Of a stretch of 64,000 nucleotides of DNA, positions 1 to 9,663 are shown in pieces. Source of the stretch: an uncultured delta proteobacterium. Its GTDB lineage: Bacteria; Desulfobacterota; GWC2-55-46. Position numbers and translations under genes: made by a program. A model generated the notes under the pieces. The model searched no databases and was not told the DNA's origin. It saw only the letters and a list, made by a program, of their open reading frames with translations. Every line of letters begins with the position of its first letter. Position 1 is the first letter of the stretch. Location of the stretch: positions 54,327-118,326 of the forward strand of contig CAVSHY010000026.1 in NCBI GenBank assembly GCA_963727865.1, written 5' to 3'.

Positions 1-1
1 C

Positions 2-301
2 TGTTACACCAGGCTGGGGATCTGCTCCATGGCGTTGTCAAACCCAGGGGAGGCGATAGCAAATTACCTTAAGGGTTTAAGGATACGGGGCAGGACTGAC
101 GAGGAACGCAGGGGCATGATGTACGAACTGGCCCTTGCGTATGAATCTGCGGGTAAAGCGGAATTGGCCGGCACTCTGTTTAAATCAATTCATGATATCG
201 ATCCTGATTACCGTGAAGTCTCAAAAAAGATAAAAGCGTTTATCGTGGAAAGGCCGTTAATACCTCTTGATGACGGGCTGATAGAGGTTGAGCTTCTGTG
301 A
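2..301 (+). CDS. TPR-like repeat protein, C-terminal fragment (5' end upstream of window)
   Basis: The frame is open from base 2. The ELALAYESAGKAELAGTLFKSIHDIDPDY helix-pair pattern is TPR-like. The TGA stop at 299-301 overlaps the GTG start of the next gene. Confidence 0.45.
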   Translation, partial: CYTRLGICSMALSNPGEAIANYLKGLRIRGRTDEERRGMMYELALAYESAGKAELAGTLFKSIHDIDPDYREVSKKIKAFIVERPLIPLDDGLIEVELL

Positions 302-1833
302 CGCGTAAAAGACAGGAACGGAAAATCACAGCGAAGGGCCAGCAGACGGCCCTTTCTTTTTTTAAGGAGCTTCCGTCCGCGATACCGCTCAGGGAAGACC
401 CCGTAATTAAAGAAGTCCATAGATCAGCTGAAAAAAAGGGCTATGAAGTCTACCTTGTCGGAGGGGCTCTAAGGAATATAGCCATGGGGAAACCTTTAGT
501 CCCCGACTATGACTTTATTTTTGAGGGCGATATCAAAGCCTTCTCCGAAGAAGTCGCCAGGGCCCTTCATGGTACTTCCTTTCTCATGGATAAAGAAACA
601 TCCTCATACAGGGTAGTTTTTAAATCAATTGGGCCCACCCTGGACTTCTCACCCATAAAAGAAAATGACATCATTTATGACCTTAAAAAAAGAGATTTTA
701 CGGTTAACGCCATGGCCCTCGCGTTATCCGGTCTTTTTACCCGAAAAAAGCCTCTTATACTCGACCCGTGTAACGGAGTTGAGGATTCGGCGTCAGGGAT
801 TTTAAGGGTTAGCTCAAAGGGCGTTATTAGAGAAGACCCGCTGCGGGCCCTCAGAGCGATAAGGCTCTCTCAGCAGTACAGGCTAAAGATCTCCGGTGAA
901 ACCGTAAAACTCATAAATGCCTCGGGAGGACTCCTCAAAAGGACGTCCGCTGAAAGGGTCAGAGAAGAGCTCGTCCTGATTTTTTTATACCCCGGTACCG
1001 CCGGAAGCCTCAAATCCATATTCAGTTCCGGGATAGTCGAAGCGATACTGCCCGGGCTAAAAGGCTGGGAAGATATCAATGGATACGATCTTCTTGACCA
1101 CGCGTTAAAAACAGTAGATGAGGCGGAATCGATAATAGGGGGGATCTCCCGTAAAAAAAGAGGCGTTTACCTCAACCTTAAAGAGCACTTCGGGGGTTCG
1201 GTAGGTTCTCTCAAGAGGGCAGCCTACTTTAAGCTCGCGGCCTTTTTGCATGACATAGGCAAACCCCATAACATGACGCGGGAAGCCGGAAGGCTAAGGT
1301 TTATCGGACATGACTTAGAGGGAAGCCGCGTTGTAAAAGATGTTTTAATGAGACTCAAGTTCAGCCGGAAGGTTGCCGGAGGCCTCTCAAACCTGGTCAG
1401 GAACCACCACAGGATTTTTATCATGGCTGACCTTAAAGAACGGACAAATCGCGCGAGGGGCCATTTTTTCAGGGCCTCCGAAGGCGAGGGGGGAGAGTGG
1501 AGCGGGGCAGGCCTTGACCTTATACTCCTTGCCCTCGCGGACGCAAGAGCTACCCGCGGCGCAGAGGACCCTGTCCTCAAGAACCTCGCCGACGAGCTCT
1601 TAGATTTTTATTTCAACGTATATATGAAGAAAAAACCCCGTCCCCTCCTCACCGGCGCCGAAATAATGAAGACCTTTAAGATTCCGGAAGGAAAGCTGGT
1701 CGGCGAGATTATAGATAAGATATCCGAAGGAGTTGAAAAAGGCCTCGTAAGCAATAAAAAAGAAGCGGTTAGCTTTGTCAAACGATGGCTCGCCTCGCGT
1801 GGGGTCGTTTCGGGAAGAACTAAAAGTCCTTGA
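298..1833 (+). CDS. cca: tRNA nucleotidyltransferase (CCA-adding) / poly(A) polymerase family protein with HD domain
   Basis: It has the VYLVGGALRN...DYDF nucleotidyltransferase head motif and a central HD motif (FLHDIGKP...HH). The GTG start is coupled to the upstream stop. The stop TGA at 1831-1833 lies inside the repeat terminus. Confidence 0.75.
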   Translation: MTRKRQERKITAKGQQTALSFFKELPSAIPLREDPVIKEVHRSAEKKGYEVYLVGGALRNIAMGKPLVPDYDFIFEGDIKAFSEEVARALHGTSFLMDKETSSYRVVFKSIGPTLDFSPIKENDIIYDLKKRDFTVNAMALALSGLFTRKKPLILDPCNGVEDSASGILRVSSKGVIREDPLRALRAIRLSQQYRLKISGETVKLINASGGLLKRTSAERVREELVLIFLYPGTAGSLKSIFSSGIVEAILPGLKGWEDINGYDLLDHALKTVDEAESIIGGISRKKRGVYLNLKEHFGGSVGSLKRAAYFKLAAFLHDIGKPHNMTREAGRLRFIGHDLEGSRVVKDVLMRLKFSRKVAGGLSNLVRNHHRIFIMADLKERTNRARGHFFRASEGEGGEWSGAGLDLILLALADARATRGAEDPVLKNLADELLDFYFNVYMKKKPRPLLTGAEIMKTFKIPEGKLVGEIIDKISEGVEKGLVSNKKEAVSFVKRWLASRGVVSGRTKSP

Positions 1834-2001
1834 AAATGCAACGCGAGCGCATACCCCGCTGCTTTGCAGCTGGGTCAAGCGAGCGAATAGAATTTTTAAA
1901 GTCCTACGCGAGACGCCGCTCTTTTTCAGGAACTCCATGAAGGACTCTGAAACATCCTTACATTTGGAAGATTCCCCGCAGCTTGCCGCGGGGAGCTTCA
2001 A
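1831..2001 (+). repeat. Modular intergenic repeat, long copy A (one internal unit)
   Basis: It shares TGAAAATGC..., GAATAGAATTTTTAAAGTCCTACGCGAGACGCCGCT.TTTTCAGG, CCATGAAGGACTCTGAAA and the terminal GC palindrome CCCCGCAGCTTGCCGCGGGG with copies at 27178, 30025 and 46014. Confidence 0.85.
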
Positions 2002-2066
2002 ACGTTGTGAGCTTTCCACAAAAAGATTCCCCGGGATAATTTAATTAAGCGTCCGCTAAAATGCCG

Positions 2067-2096
2067 TTGACTTTTAAATGGCGATATTGGTAGATT
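2067..2096 (+). promoter_or_regulatory. Candidate sigma70-type promoter for the cyclophilin gene
   Basis: TTGACT, an 18-nt spacer and TAGATT lie about 35 nt upstream of the ATG at 2132. Confidence 0.4.
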
Positions 2097-2131
2097 GTCT
2101 TAAACTTATTTAAACGAGCGGAGGGAGAAGC

Positions 2132-2716
2132 ATGAATATGGTAAAAGCGGTTCTTGCAGGGGTGCTTTTTACGCTGGTCTTCGCGGCCCCTAAAAATTCA
2201 ATAGCCGGGGAAGGAGCCAAAAAAGTGGAAGAGATTAAGAAAGTAACGGCTGTGATAGAGACGAAGTACGGGAATATGGAAATTAAATTCTTTCCCGATG
2301 TCGCTCCCAAGCACGTCGAGAATTTCATCAATCTGGCGAAGTCGGGTTTTTATGACGGGACGATATTCCACAGGGTTATCCCGGGTTTCATGATCCAGGG
2401 CGGGGACCCGAACACCAAAGGGCCCGATAAGATGACGTATGGGATGGGCGGGCCCGGCCACAGGGTAAAGGCGGAATTTAATAACATCTCGCATAAACGG
2501 GGCATAGTTTCAATGGCAAGGTCCCAGGACCCGGACAGCGCCGGCTCCCAGTTCTTTATCGTTCTGAAGGATTCCGATTTCCTTGACAGACAGTATACCG
2601 TTTTCGGCGAGGTCGTGAAGGGTATGGATGTGGTTGATAAGATAGTGAACCTTCCCCGCAATCCCAGGGACCTTCCGAATGAAAGAGTGGAGATGAAGGT
2701 GAAGATTATAGAGTAA
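2132..2716 (+). CDS. ppiA: Peptidyl-prolyl cis-trans isomerase, cyclophilin type, probably exported
   Basis: It has the FHRVIPGFMIQGGDP and GSQFFI cyclophilin signatures and a hydrophobic signal-like N-terminus. Confidence 0.9.
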   Translation: MNMVKAVLAGVLFTLVFAAPKNSIAGEGAKKVEEIKKVTAVIETKYGNMEIKFFPDVAPKHVENFINLAKSGFYDGTIFHRVIPGFMIQGGDPNTKGPDKMTYGMGGPGHRVKAEFNNISHKRGIVSMARSQDPDSAGSQFFIVLKDSDFLDRQYTVFGEVVKGMDVVDKIVNLPRNPRDLPNERVEMKVKIIE

Positions 2717-2729
2717 AGGCTTAGCCTTT
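2715..2729. terminator. Short hairpin between convergent genes (possible bidirectional terminator)
   Basis: AAAGGC-TTA-GCCTTT overlaps the ppiA stop codon. The stem is only 6 bp and there is no clear U-tract. Confidence 0.25.
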
Positions 2730-2732
2730 GCC

Positions 2733-3266
2733 CTATTCTTCGATATCGAAGAGCGCGCGTATATCTTTTTTCTGGGTCTCAAGGATGGATAGGACCTTCA
2801 TGCCTTTTGGGGCCTTTTCCCTGCATTTGCATAATTTCCTTATGGGGGAATCCACAAAAAGCTTTCCCCGGTGCCAGGTGAGGGGATAGATCCTGCAGAT
2901 CGTGGGGACTATTTTTTTGGGGAGTCCCTTGCTCCACAGATAAAAAAGCGAGCACCCGCGCTTTCCCCCTGTGAGGTGAAAGGCGCAGCGCTTATCGCTT
3001 TTTCTTACCGCTGTTTCACGGTAGGCTCCACCTATGTAATCGTCGTCTTTTTTGAGTTCCGTTGAAAAGCAGTTCTCGATTTTTGCCCCTGTGAGAGGCT
3101 CGATGAGGCCCCTGTGCTTCATTATGAGTTTTAAGGTCGCGAGATCCACGTCGCAACCCCATTCGCAGCATTCGTCGCTGCAGGAACTGCTGTAACATCC
3201 TTCGCCGAAGAGGCCTTTCCGGGTTTTGGTCCTCGGGTCTACATAATGAAGCTTGATCTTTTTCAT
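2733..3266 (-). CDS. Cysteine-rich hypothetical protein (YkgJ/CxxCxxCC-like zinc- or iron-chelating family?)
   Basis: It carries the cysteine clusters CSDECCEWGC, RCAFH..GCSLF and TICRIYPL. The family assignment rests on pattern resemblance only. Confidence 0.4.
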   Translation of the reverse strand: MKKIKLHYVDPRTKTRKGLFGEGCYSSSCSDECCEWGCDVDLATLKLIMKHRGLIEPLTGAKIENCFSTELKKDDDYIGGAYRETAVRKSDKRCAFHLTGGKRGCSLFYLWSKGLPKKIVPTICRIYPLTWHRGKLFVDSPIRKLCKCREKAPKGMKVLSILETQKKDIRALFDIEE

Positions 3267-3420
3267 TTTATGATTCTTATTCCTTCTGGATGTTGTTTTC
3301 AGGAAAAAGGTTTTTTTAAGCCGTTTTAAAATTTCTGGATTTTTTTAGGCAAAGGGAACCGGCGTCTATTGATTTAAAGCGCCCTTTAGCGGGAATGGCG
3401 GAATAAGCGCGCGTACACCG

Positions 3421-4101
3421 TCAGGGTATCCGCTGCGCACTTGCCGATCTGACGGTAAGGTTGTTTATAACGTCGTTCACCCCCCAGACATACCAGGCGT
3501 CTTCTTCAGCGGCGTTTTTCTCCGCGTCGCTTCCGGCCATGCCTCTGAGCGTAACAACCCAGTCTATGGTGGTAATAGTTATGGCGCTTGCGTCGATAAG
3601 ATTGTCTTTTTCGAACACAAGCCTTATCGCGTCGCTTACCTCGGCATCAGAGTCCTCTTCCGGGGGCGTTACTTCGAGGCTGTTTATCACATCCGTTGTC
3701 CCGGGTATCCACCATGCGAGAGCCCCGGCAAGCCGTTTGTGGCTCAAAGAAGGCGCTGTCCCTTCAATATCCATGACTCCGTCACGGACTTCAAAGTTTA
3801 CCTCGCAGGCACTGAGGGTCGGCTCTTGCGCTACGGCGTCGGTCATGTGGTCCTTTATCTCGGCGTCGCTCATATGTTTTGAAGGTTTTACCTTCAGCCT
3901 GTCAATAACACCGGAGACCCCTGAAAGGCCCATGGCTATAAAAAGGGCCCTTTTTTTCTGGGCGATCTTATCCACCATGCCTTCTATTACGATCGCGTTA
4001 TCCTCTTTTTTTAAATGTATCGGATTTTTTCTGAGGTCGATATGGAGTTTTTCAGTTAAGGCGGCCTTTAGGGTCAGTAGAGGGTCATGTTTTATCATCA
4101 T
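3421..4101 (-). CDS. BON domain-containing protein (OsmY-like)
   Basis: It has repeated BON-like segments ending in ..VIDRLKV and ..VINNLTV. The start is placed at ATG 4101, which has GGAG 5 nt upstream. The ORF could extend to 4149. Confidence 0.7.
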   Translation of the reverse strand: MMIKHDPLLTLKAALTEKLHIDLRKNPIHLKKEDNAIVIEGMVDKIAQKKRALFIAMGLSGVSGVIDRLKVKPSKHMSDAEIKDHMTDAVAQEPTLSACEVNFEVRDGVMDIEGTAPSLSHKRLAGALAWWIPGTTDVINSLEVTPPEEDSDAEVSDAIRLVFEKDNLIDASAITITTIDWVVTLRGMAGSDAEKNAAEEDAWYVWGVNDVINNLTVRSASAQRIP

Positions 4102-4263
4102 TACTCCATTTTCCTGATTTTTATTTTTATAACGGGCGGCATTTGACAAATGACGGACAGTCTAACAAGGAATGAAAAAAAGTATAGCAGAGCATTTTAA
4201 ATTTCACAAGGTGTTTTTCGAAAATTCCATTAAGAGGCCGCGGCCCCTAACCGTTCGCGAAAA

Positions 4264-4353
4264 CACCTGACTCCTGTCTGGTGATGGAGCGGCTGTCCGA
4301 AGGACTCAAGCCGTAGGCTTGTAGCCAAAGAAACCGCCGACTCCTGTCGGCGG
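4264..4353. other. Three consecutive hairpins; the outer two share the core GACTCCTGTC
   Basis: The hairpins are CACCTGAC-TCCT-GTCTGGTG (4264-4283, one mismatch), CAAGCC-GTA-GGCTTG (4307-4321) and CCGCCGAC-TCCT-GTCGGCGG (4334-4353, perfect 8 bp). Confidence 0.6.
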
Positions 4354-4372
4354 AGATTCACTTTGAAAAAAC

Positions 4373-4401
4373 TTGCAATAAATTTTTCTATATGCTAAAT
4401 T
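4373..4401 (+). promoter_or_regulatory. Candidate sigma70-type promoter of the rimP-nusA-infB operon
   Basis: TTGCAA (4373-4378), a 17-nt spacer and TAAATT (4396-4401) sit in an AT-rich stretch. Confidence 0.4.
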
Positions 4402-4432
4402 ATTATTATCAATAGCCTCTTAGATTAAAAAG

Positions 4433-4456
4433 AGTGGGCGCATGCCCACTTTTTTG
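4433..4456 (+). terminator. Intrinsic terminator hairpin in the rimP leader
   Basis: AGTGGGC-GCAT-GCCCACT is followed by TTTTTTG. It lies between the candidate promoter and the rimP start at 4571. Confidence 0.7.
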
Positions 4457-4570
4457 TTTGAGAGACAGGGGTCGCCCTTTCGTCTCTAAGAAACTAATCC
4501 GCTATTTAAACGCGACATTCGCTGTTTTATTTAGGCGCATTTTTCCGGGTTTGGAAGGGGTGGAGGGTCT

Positions 4571-5047
4571 TTGAAGATAGAAGGTCTGGAAGATAGGGTC
4601 AGGGCCCTGGCCGAACCCGTTGTTGAGGGGCTGGGGATAGAGGTTGTTGACGTTGTGTACACTTCGGAATACGGGAGAAGGGTGCTCCGCATTTTTATCG
4701 ATAAGCCCGGCGGCGTCACTGTAGATGACTGCAGCACCGTGAGCCGCGAGCTGGGTACAGTCCTTGATGTAGAAGACCCGATCCCGCAGAGATATACGCT
4801 CGAGGTTTCATCTCCAGGTCTCGACAGGCTTCTCGTGAAGGAGAGGGACTTTCAGAAGTCCATCGGGAAGAAGGTTAAAGTCAGGACAAAAGAGGCTATC
4901 GAAGGAAGGAAGAATTTCAAGGCGGCCGTTGCGGGGGTGGAAAATGGCATGGTATTTTTGAAAGACGCTGACGGCAAAAACTGGGAGATCGCTCTTTCAA
5001 ATATTGATAAGGCAAGGCTTGAGATAGAAATATTCAGCAGCCGCTGA
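4571..5047 (+). CDS. rimP: Ribosome maturation factor RimP
   Basis: It has the LEVSSPGLDRLL motif, a TTG start and the conserved position upstream of nusA. Confidence 0.9.
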   Translation: MKIEGLEDRVRALAEPVVEGLGIEVVDVVYTSEYGRRVLRIFIDKPGGVTVDDCSTVSRELGTVLDVEDPIPQRYTLEVSSPGLDRLLVKERDFQKSIGKKVKVRTKEAIEGRKNFKAAVAGVENGMVFLKDADGKNWEIALSNIDKARLEIEIFSSR

Positions 5048-5075
5048 TTAATAATAAGCCGGAGGTTTTTATAAA

Positions 5076-6389
5076 ATGTCGCTTAATTTGTCGCATATAT
5101 TAGATCAGGTGGGTAAGGACAAGGGTATAGATAAAAGTATCCTCATCGACGCGCTGGAGTCCGCCATGCTTAAGGCGGCCGAGAAGCGGTTTGGCCCCAA
5201 CAAGGTCATCGAGGCCCATTACCAGGAGGAGGCAGGGGAGATAGAACTCTTCCTCTTTAAAGCAGTGGTAGAAGATGTTAAAAACCCTGATACGGAGATA
5301 TCCCTGAAAGACGCGTTGGAATTGGACCCTGAGGTCGCGCTTGATGACAGTATCGGAGTAAAGCTCGATTCCAAAGAGTTCGGCCGCATAGACGCTCAGA
5401 CCGCGAAGCAGATTATTATACAGAAGGTCAGAGAGGCCGAAAGGAACATTATATTCAGCGAATACAGCGCCAAAAAGGGTGAGATAATAACCGGCATAGT
5501 CCAGAGGTTTGAGAAAGGAGATATAATCGTCGACCTCGGAAGGGCCGAGGCGATGCTCCCGAAGAAAGAGCAGGTAAGGCGCGAGGGATACAGGCAGGGC
5601 GAGAGGATAAGGGGGATTGTGCTCGAAGTAAAGAGCGAGTCCAGGGGCCCTCAGGTCATAATGTCGAGGACTCATCCCGGCTTTCTTATTAAACTTTTCC
5701 AGATGGAAGTGCCAGAGATTTACGAGGGTATAGTCGAGATAAAAGGGGCCGCGAGAGAACCCGGAGACCGCGCCAAGATCGCCGTTCTTTCGCATAACTC
5801 GGACGTTGACCCGGTCGGCGCCTGTGTTGGGGTCAAGGGCTCAAGGGTTCAGGCCGTTGTGCAGGAACTTAAGGGCGAGAAGATAGATATCGTCCACTGG
5901 TCCGACGACCCGGCGATATTCGTTAAAAATACGCTTTCACCGGCGCAGATCTCACGGGTTATCACCGATGAATCGGAACACGCCATGGAGGTTATCGTCC
6001 CCGATGACCAGCTTTCTCTTGCGATAGGTAAAAAAGGACAGAACGTGAGATTAGCCGCCAAGCTTAGCGGATGGAAGATAGACATCCACACGGAGGGCGA
6101 GGCGAAGGGCACGAGGGAAGGGTTATCTCCGGAAGAGGCCTTCAGAAAAGAGGTCGAGGCGGCGGGTGTGCGGGAAGAAGAGGAGAGGGCCGCTTTAGAA
6201 GCCACAACAAATGAACTCGAAGGGCTCGGCGTGAGCAGAAATGTCGCCGATATCCTGGTAGAAGCCGGATTTACGGCCAAGAAGCTCTTGAATATTTCAA
6301 AGGAAGACCTCCTTAAGGTAGAGGGGGTCGGGGAAGATGATGCGGATCTTTTACTTAAGACGGTAAAAGAGCGTTACGGAAAAGAATAA
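5076..6389 (+). CDS. nusA: Transcription termination/antitermination factor NusA
   Basis: It has an N-terminal domain, an S1 domain, two KH domains (GACVGVKGSRVQ, LAIGKKGQNVRLA) and a C-terminal HhH-like tail. Confidence 0.95.
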   Translation: MSLNLSHILDQVGKDKGIDKSILIDALESAMLKAAEKRFGPNKVIEAHYQEEAGEIELFLFKAVVEDVKNPDTEISLKDALELDPEVALDDSIGVKLDSKEFGRIDAQTAKQIIIQKVREAERNIIFSEYSAKKGEIITGIVQRFEKGDIIVDLGRAEAMLPKKEQVRREGYRQGERIRGIVLEVKSESRGPQVIMSRTHPGFLIKLFQMEVPEIYEGIVEIKGAAREPGDRAKIAVLSHNSDVDPVGACVGVKGSRVQAVVQELKGEKIDIVHWSDDPAIFVKNTLSPAQISRVITDESEHAMEVIVPDDQLSLAIGKKGQNVRLAAKLSGWKIDIHTEGEAKGTREGLSPEEAFRKEVEAAGVREEEERAALEATTNELEGLGVSRNVADILVEAGFTAKKLLNISKEDLLKVEGVGEDDADLLLKTVKERYGKE

Positions 6390-6647
6390 ATGCCTCAAAG
6401 GACATGCCTTGGCTGTAAGTGTGTGCGTGAGAAATCCGCGCTTCTACGGTTTGTCTCTGAAGGCGGGGTCCTTAAGCTTGATTCGCGCGGGGTATTAAAG
6501 GGCAGGGGCGCTTACCTTTGTCTCAGGAAGGAGTGTCTTAAAGAAGCGTATAGGAAGGGATTATTTTCAAGGACGTTAAAAAGTAAGGTCATTTTGCCTG
6601 ATATTGAAGAGTTCTGGCGAGTTGTATCCGGCACAAATAGAGGTTAA
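6390..6647 (+). CDS. ylxR: YlxR/DUF448 RNA-binding protein
   Basis: It has RTCLGCKCVREKSALLRFV...GRGAYLC and the conserved position between nusA and infB. Confidence 0.85.
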   Translation: MPQRTCLGCKCVREKSALLRFVSEGGVLKLDSRGVLKGRGAYLCLRKECLKEAYRKGLFSRTLKSKVILPDIEEFWRVVSGTNRG

Positions 6648-6775
6648 AGGCGCTCTTCGTCAAAATGATCTTTAAAGGCTCTGCGCAGGCCATAACTGAA
6701 AATAGGATATTTTAGGATATTTAAAGCCATAAAACCTAATCTTAAGGCATTTAAAAGGGGTATTCTCAGGAATAT

Positions 6776-9178
6776 ATGACGGAAAAAGAAAAAGAAAAAC
6801 AGACTAAGGGAGTCGACGAGAAGAGGGTTAAGGCCACGGTCATAAGGAGAAGGACCGCGAAGGTCGCTCCTCAGGCCGAAGAGCCCGCAGCTACGAAAGC
6901 GGCCAGGGTAGAGGAGAAGCTTATCCCTCAGGCGACCCCCCCCGGTCCCGTCCCTCAAGCGCCCGCCGGCGTTGAATTGAAAAAGGAACCGGCCCAGGTG
7001 GAAGAGAAAAAAGTTAGGGGCAGGAAAGTAAAAGCTCCTGAGGAGAAGAAAGAGGGCGCTACAAGAAAGGGGCCGAGAAAGGTCAGGGAAAAAACCCCCG
7101 AGGAGATACTTGCCGAACTGAAGGTTGAAGAGGCTGAAGAAAAGAAAGCCGAGGCGATCGAGGTAAAGGTTGCCGTAGAAAAAGCGGTTGAAGAGCCCGC
7201 GGCAGCACCGGTTGTCGTTGAAGAGAAGGCTGCCGAGGAAAAACCGGCCATAAGAAAAGAGGTAAAGGTCTTTGAGAAAGAGACCGAGTTAAAAAAGTTT
7301 TTTACAGCCAAACGTCCAGCCAGAAAAGAAAAATATCAGACAAAAGAGTCCCAGCAGGCCAGGGCAAGGGCTGCTCAGCAGGCAAGGCCTTTAAAGAAGA
7401 CCGAGATTACCGTACCGAAAGCCGCGAAAAGGGTTATAAGGATCGTTGACGCCATAAGTGTGGCTGATTTTTCCCAGAGGCTCGGCGTCAAGGCTTCTGA
7501 AATAATCAAAAAACTCATTGGTCTCGGCACCATGGCCACCGTAAACCAGCTCATCGATATCGACGCGGCGACCCTTGTAGCGCAGGATTACGGTTTTGAG
7601 ATCGAAAGCGTCGCGGTCCAGGAAGAAACACTCATAGAGCCGGGCGCGGAAATAAAGGCCGGGACACTTGAGCCACGTGCCCCGGTAGTAACTGTAATGG
7701 GCCATGTAGACCACGGCAAGACTTCGCTCCTTGACGCGATAAGAAAAACGAACGTTGTAAGCGGAGAGGCGGGCGGCATAACCCAGCATATCGGCGCGTA
7801 CCATGTCCATCTTGAGAAGGGGGATGTGACATTCCTCGATACACCCGGCCACGAGGCGTTTACCGCGATGAGGGCAAGGGGCGCGAAGGCCACCGACATA
7901 GTCGTCCTTGTCGTGGCGGCCGATGACGGGGTAATGCCCCAGACGGTAGAGGCGATAAACCACGCGAAGGCCGCTAATGTGCCGATTATAGTCGCCATCA
8001 ATAAGATAGACCTTCCGCAGGCTGACCCGGGCAGGATCAAAAATGAACTCACCAAGTACGGACTCGTCTCCGAGGAGTGGGGAGGGGATACGATATTCAT
8101 AGAAGTTTCCGCCAAGAAAAGGATAAAAATAAAAGAGCTTCTTGAGCTGATACTCCTTCAGGCAGAGGTGCTTGAACTTAAGGCTGTCCCTCAGTCGCCA
8201 GCGAAAGGCGTCATCGTGGAGGCGAAGCTCGACAAGGGGCGCGGGCCCGTGGCTACCGTACTCATACAGGGCGGGACTTTGAAGGTAGGGGACGCGGTCG
8301 TCTCAGGCGTCCATTACGGCAGAGTGAGGGCGATGATAAGCGATTGGGGAAAGAGGGCGACCGAGGCGGGACCTTCGATGCCCATCGAGATACTCGGGCT
8401 TTCCGGGGTGCCTCAGGCCGGGGATACGTTTACCACGGTAAAGGACGAGGCGACGGCGAAGCAGATAGCCACCATAAGGCTCAGAAAGTCCCTCGAGAAA
8501 GACCGCCTGAGGACTGCCAAGGTGAGCCTCGCCGACCTCTATGAAAAGATAAACAAGGGCGAAGTAAAGGAACTCGATCTCGTCATAAAGGCCGACGCGC
8601 AGGGCTCTATCGAGGCTCTTAAGGAAGCGCTCGGCAAACTCTCAACCGACGCGATAAAGGTCAAGGTGATACACAGCGCGGTCGGAGGGATCAGCGAGGG
8701 CGACGTCATGCTCGCCGCCGCGTCAAACGCCATCGTCATCGGGTTTAACGTCAGGCCTGAGCCCAAGGCTCACGCGCTCGCCGAAAAAGAAAACGTGGAC
8801 TTAAGGTTCTATACGATCATCTATAACCTCGTGGATGAGATAAAAAACGCCATGGAAGGCATGCTCTCTCCTATTGTAAGGGAAGAGGTCATAGGGAGGG
8901 CGCAGATAAGGGACGTCATCAAGATAACAAAGGTGGGGAACGTCGCCGGATGTTACGTTACCGATGGTAAGGCCACAAGGGGCGCAAAAGTCAGGCTTAT
9001 AAGGGATAACGTGGTCATATACGACGGCAGACTCTCATCCCTTAAGAGGTTCAAGGATGATGTGAAAGAAGTAACAGCCGGCTACGAGTGCGGCATGACA
9101 ATAGAGGGATATAACGATATCAAGGCCGGGGATATAATCGAGCTCTATACGCTTAAAGAGGAAGCGGCCAAGCTGTAA
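6776..9178 (+). CDS. infB: Translation initiation factor IF-2
   Basis: It has a Lys/Glu/Ala-rich N-terminus and a GTPase core ([28 protein letters not shown]). Confidence 0.95.
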   Translation: MTEKEKEKQTKGVDEKRVKATVIRRRTAKVAPQAEEPAATKAARVEEKLIPQATPPGPVPQAPAGVELKKEPAQVEEKKVRGRKVKAPEEKKEGATRKGPRKVREKTPEEILAELKVEEAEEKKAEAIEVKVAVEKAVEEPAAAPVVVEEKAAEEKPAIRKEVKVFEKETELKKFFTAKRPARKEKYQTKESQQARARAAQQARPLKKTEITVPKAAKRVIRIVDAISVADFSQRLGVKASEIIKKLIGLGTMATVNQLIDIDAATLVAQDYGFEIESVAVQEETLIEPGAEIKAGTLEPRAPVVTVMGHVDHGKTSLLDAIRKTNVVSGEAGGITQHIGAYHVHLEKGDVTFLDTPGHEAFTAMRARGAKATDIVVLVVAADDGVMPQTVEAINHAKAANVPIIVAINKIDLPQADPGRIKNELTKYGLVSEEWGGDTIFIEVSAKKRIKIKELLELILLQAEVLELKAVPQSPAKGVIVEAKLDKGRGPVATVLIQGGTLKVGDAVVSGVHYGRVRAMISDWGKRATEAGPSMPIEILGLSGVPQAGDTFTTVKDEATAKQIATIRLRKSLEKDRLRTAKVSLADLYEKINKGEVKELDLVIKADAQGSIEALKEALGKLSTDAIKVKVIHSAVGGISEGDVMLAAASNAIVIGFNVRPEPKAHALAEKENVDLRFYTIIYNLVDEIKNAMEGMLSPIVREEVIGRAQIRDVIKITKVGNVAGCYVTDGKATRGAKVRLIRDNVVIYDGRLSSLKRFKDDVKEVTAGYECGMTIEGYNDIKAGDIIELYTLKEEAAKL

Positions 9179-9262
9179 CTTTCCCCCCCCGTTCTCATAA
9201 CGCGGTTTAAAGTAGAAGACTTTTAAAAATTTTAGGTCACTCGTATAAAAATATTTTTTCAG

Positions 9263-9550
9263 ATGGTAGTCGGTATCTGCCGGATAAGCCTTATAATCCA
9301 CGATAACCATTCTCTAAAGGGTAAGAGGCAGGTTTTAAAGAGTATCGTGGAAAAGGTTAAGAACCGCTATAATATCTCAATAGCGGAGGTGGGAAGTAAC
9401 GACCTCTGGCAAAGGGCTGAATTGGGGCTCTGCGCCGTGGGTAACGACAGGGCTTCTATAAACTCTGTCATGGATAAGACGATGAATTTCATTGAGAGCC
9501 TTCACACGGCTGAGATAATAGACCATACCATCGAGATTATTAATTATTAA
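9263..9550 (+). CDS. DUF503 (YlxP-like) protein
   Basis: The ISLIIHDNHSLKGKRQVLKSIVEKVKNRYNISIAEV pattern fits DUF503, and the gene sits between infB and rbfA. Confidence 0.75.
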   Translation: MVVGICRISLIIHDNHSLKGKRQVLKSIVEKVKNRYNISIAEVGSNDLWQRAELGLCAVGNDRASINSVMDKTMNFIESLHTAEIIDHTIEIINY

Positions 9551-9663
9551 ACCCCGGCACGTGAAAGATCCGGGGACCGGTTGGGGGGGGAGTGGACGGG
9601 TTTTAACAGCCTCGACAGATCCGGCGCAGGAATATAAAAATTTGCTTTCCGAAAAAGGCATAA

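Noticed and set aside
4150-4570. A tRNA-fMet (metY-like) gene upstream of rimP, as in E. coli.
   Set aside because: I found no cloverleaf, no T-loop GTTCGAATC-like box and no acceptor stem pairing in this spacer or anywhere else in the window.
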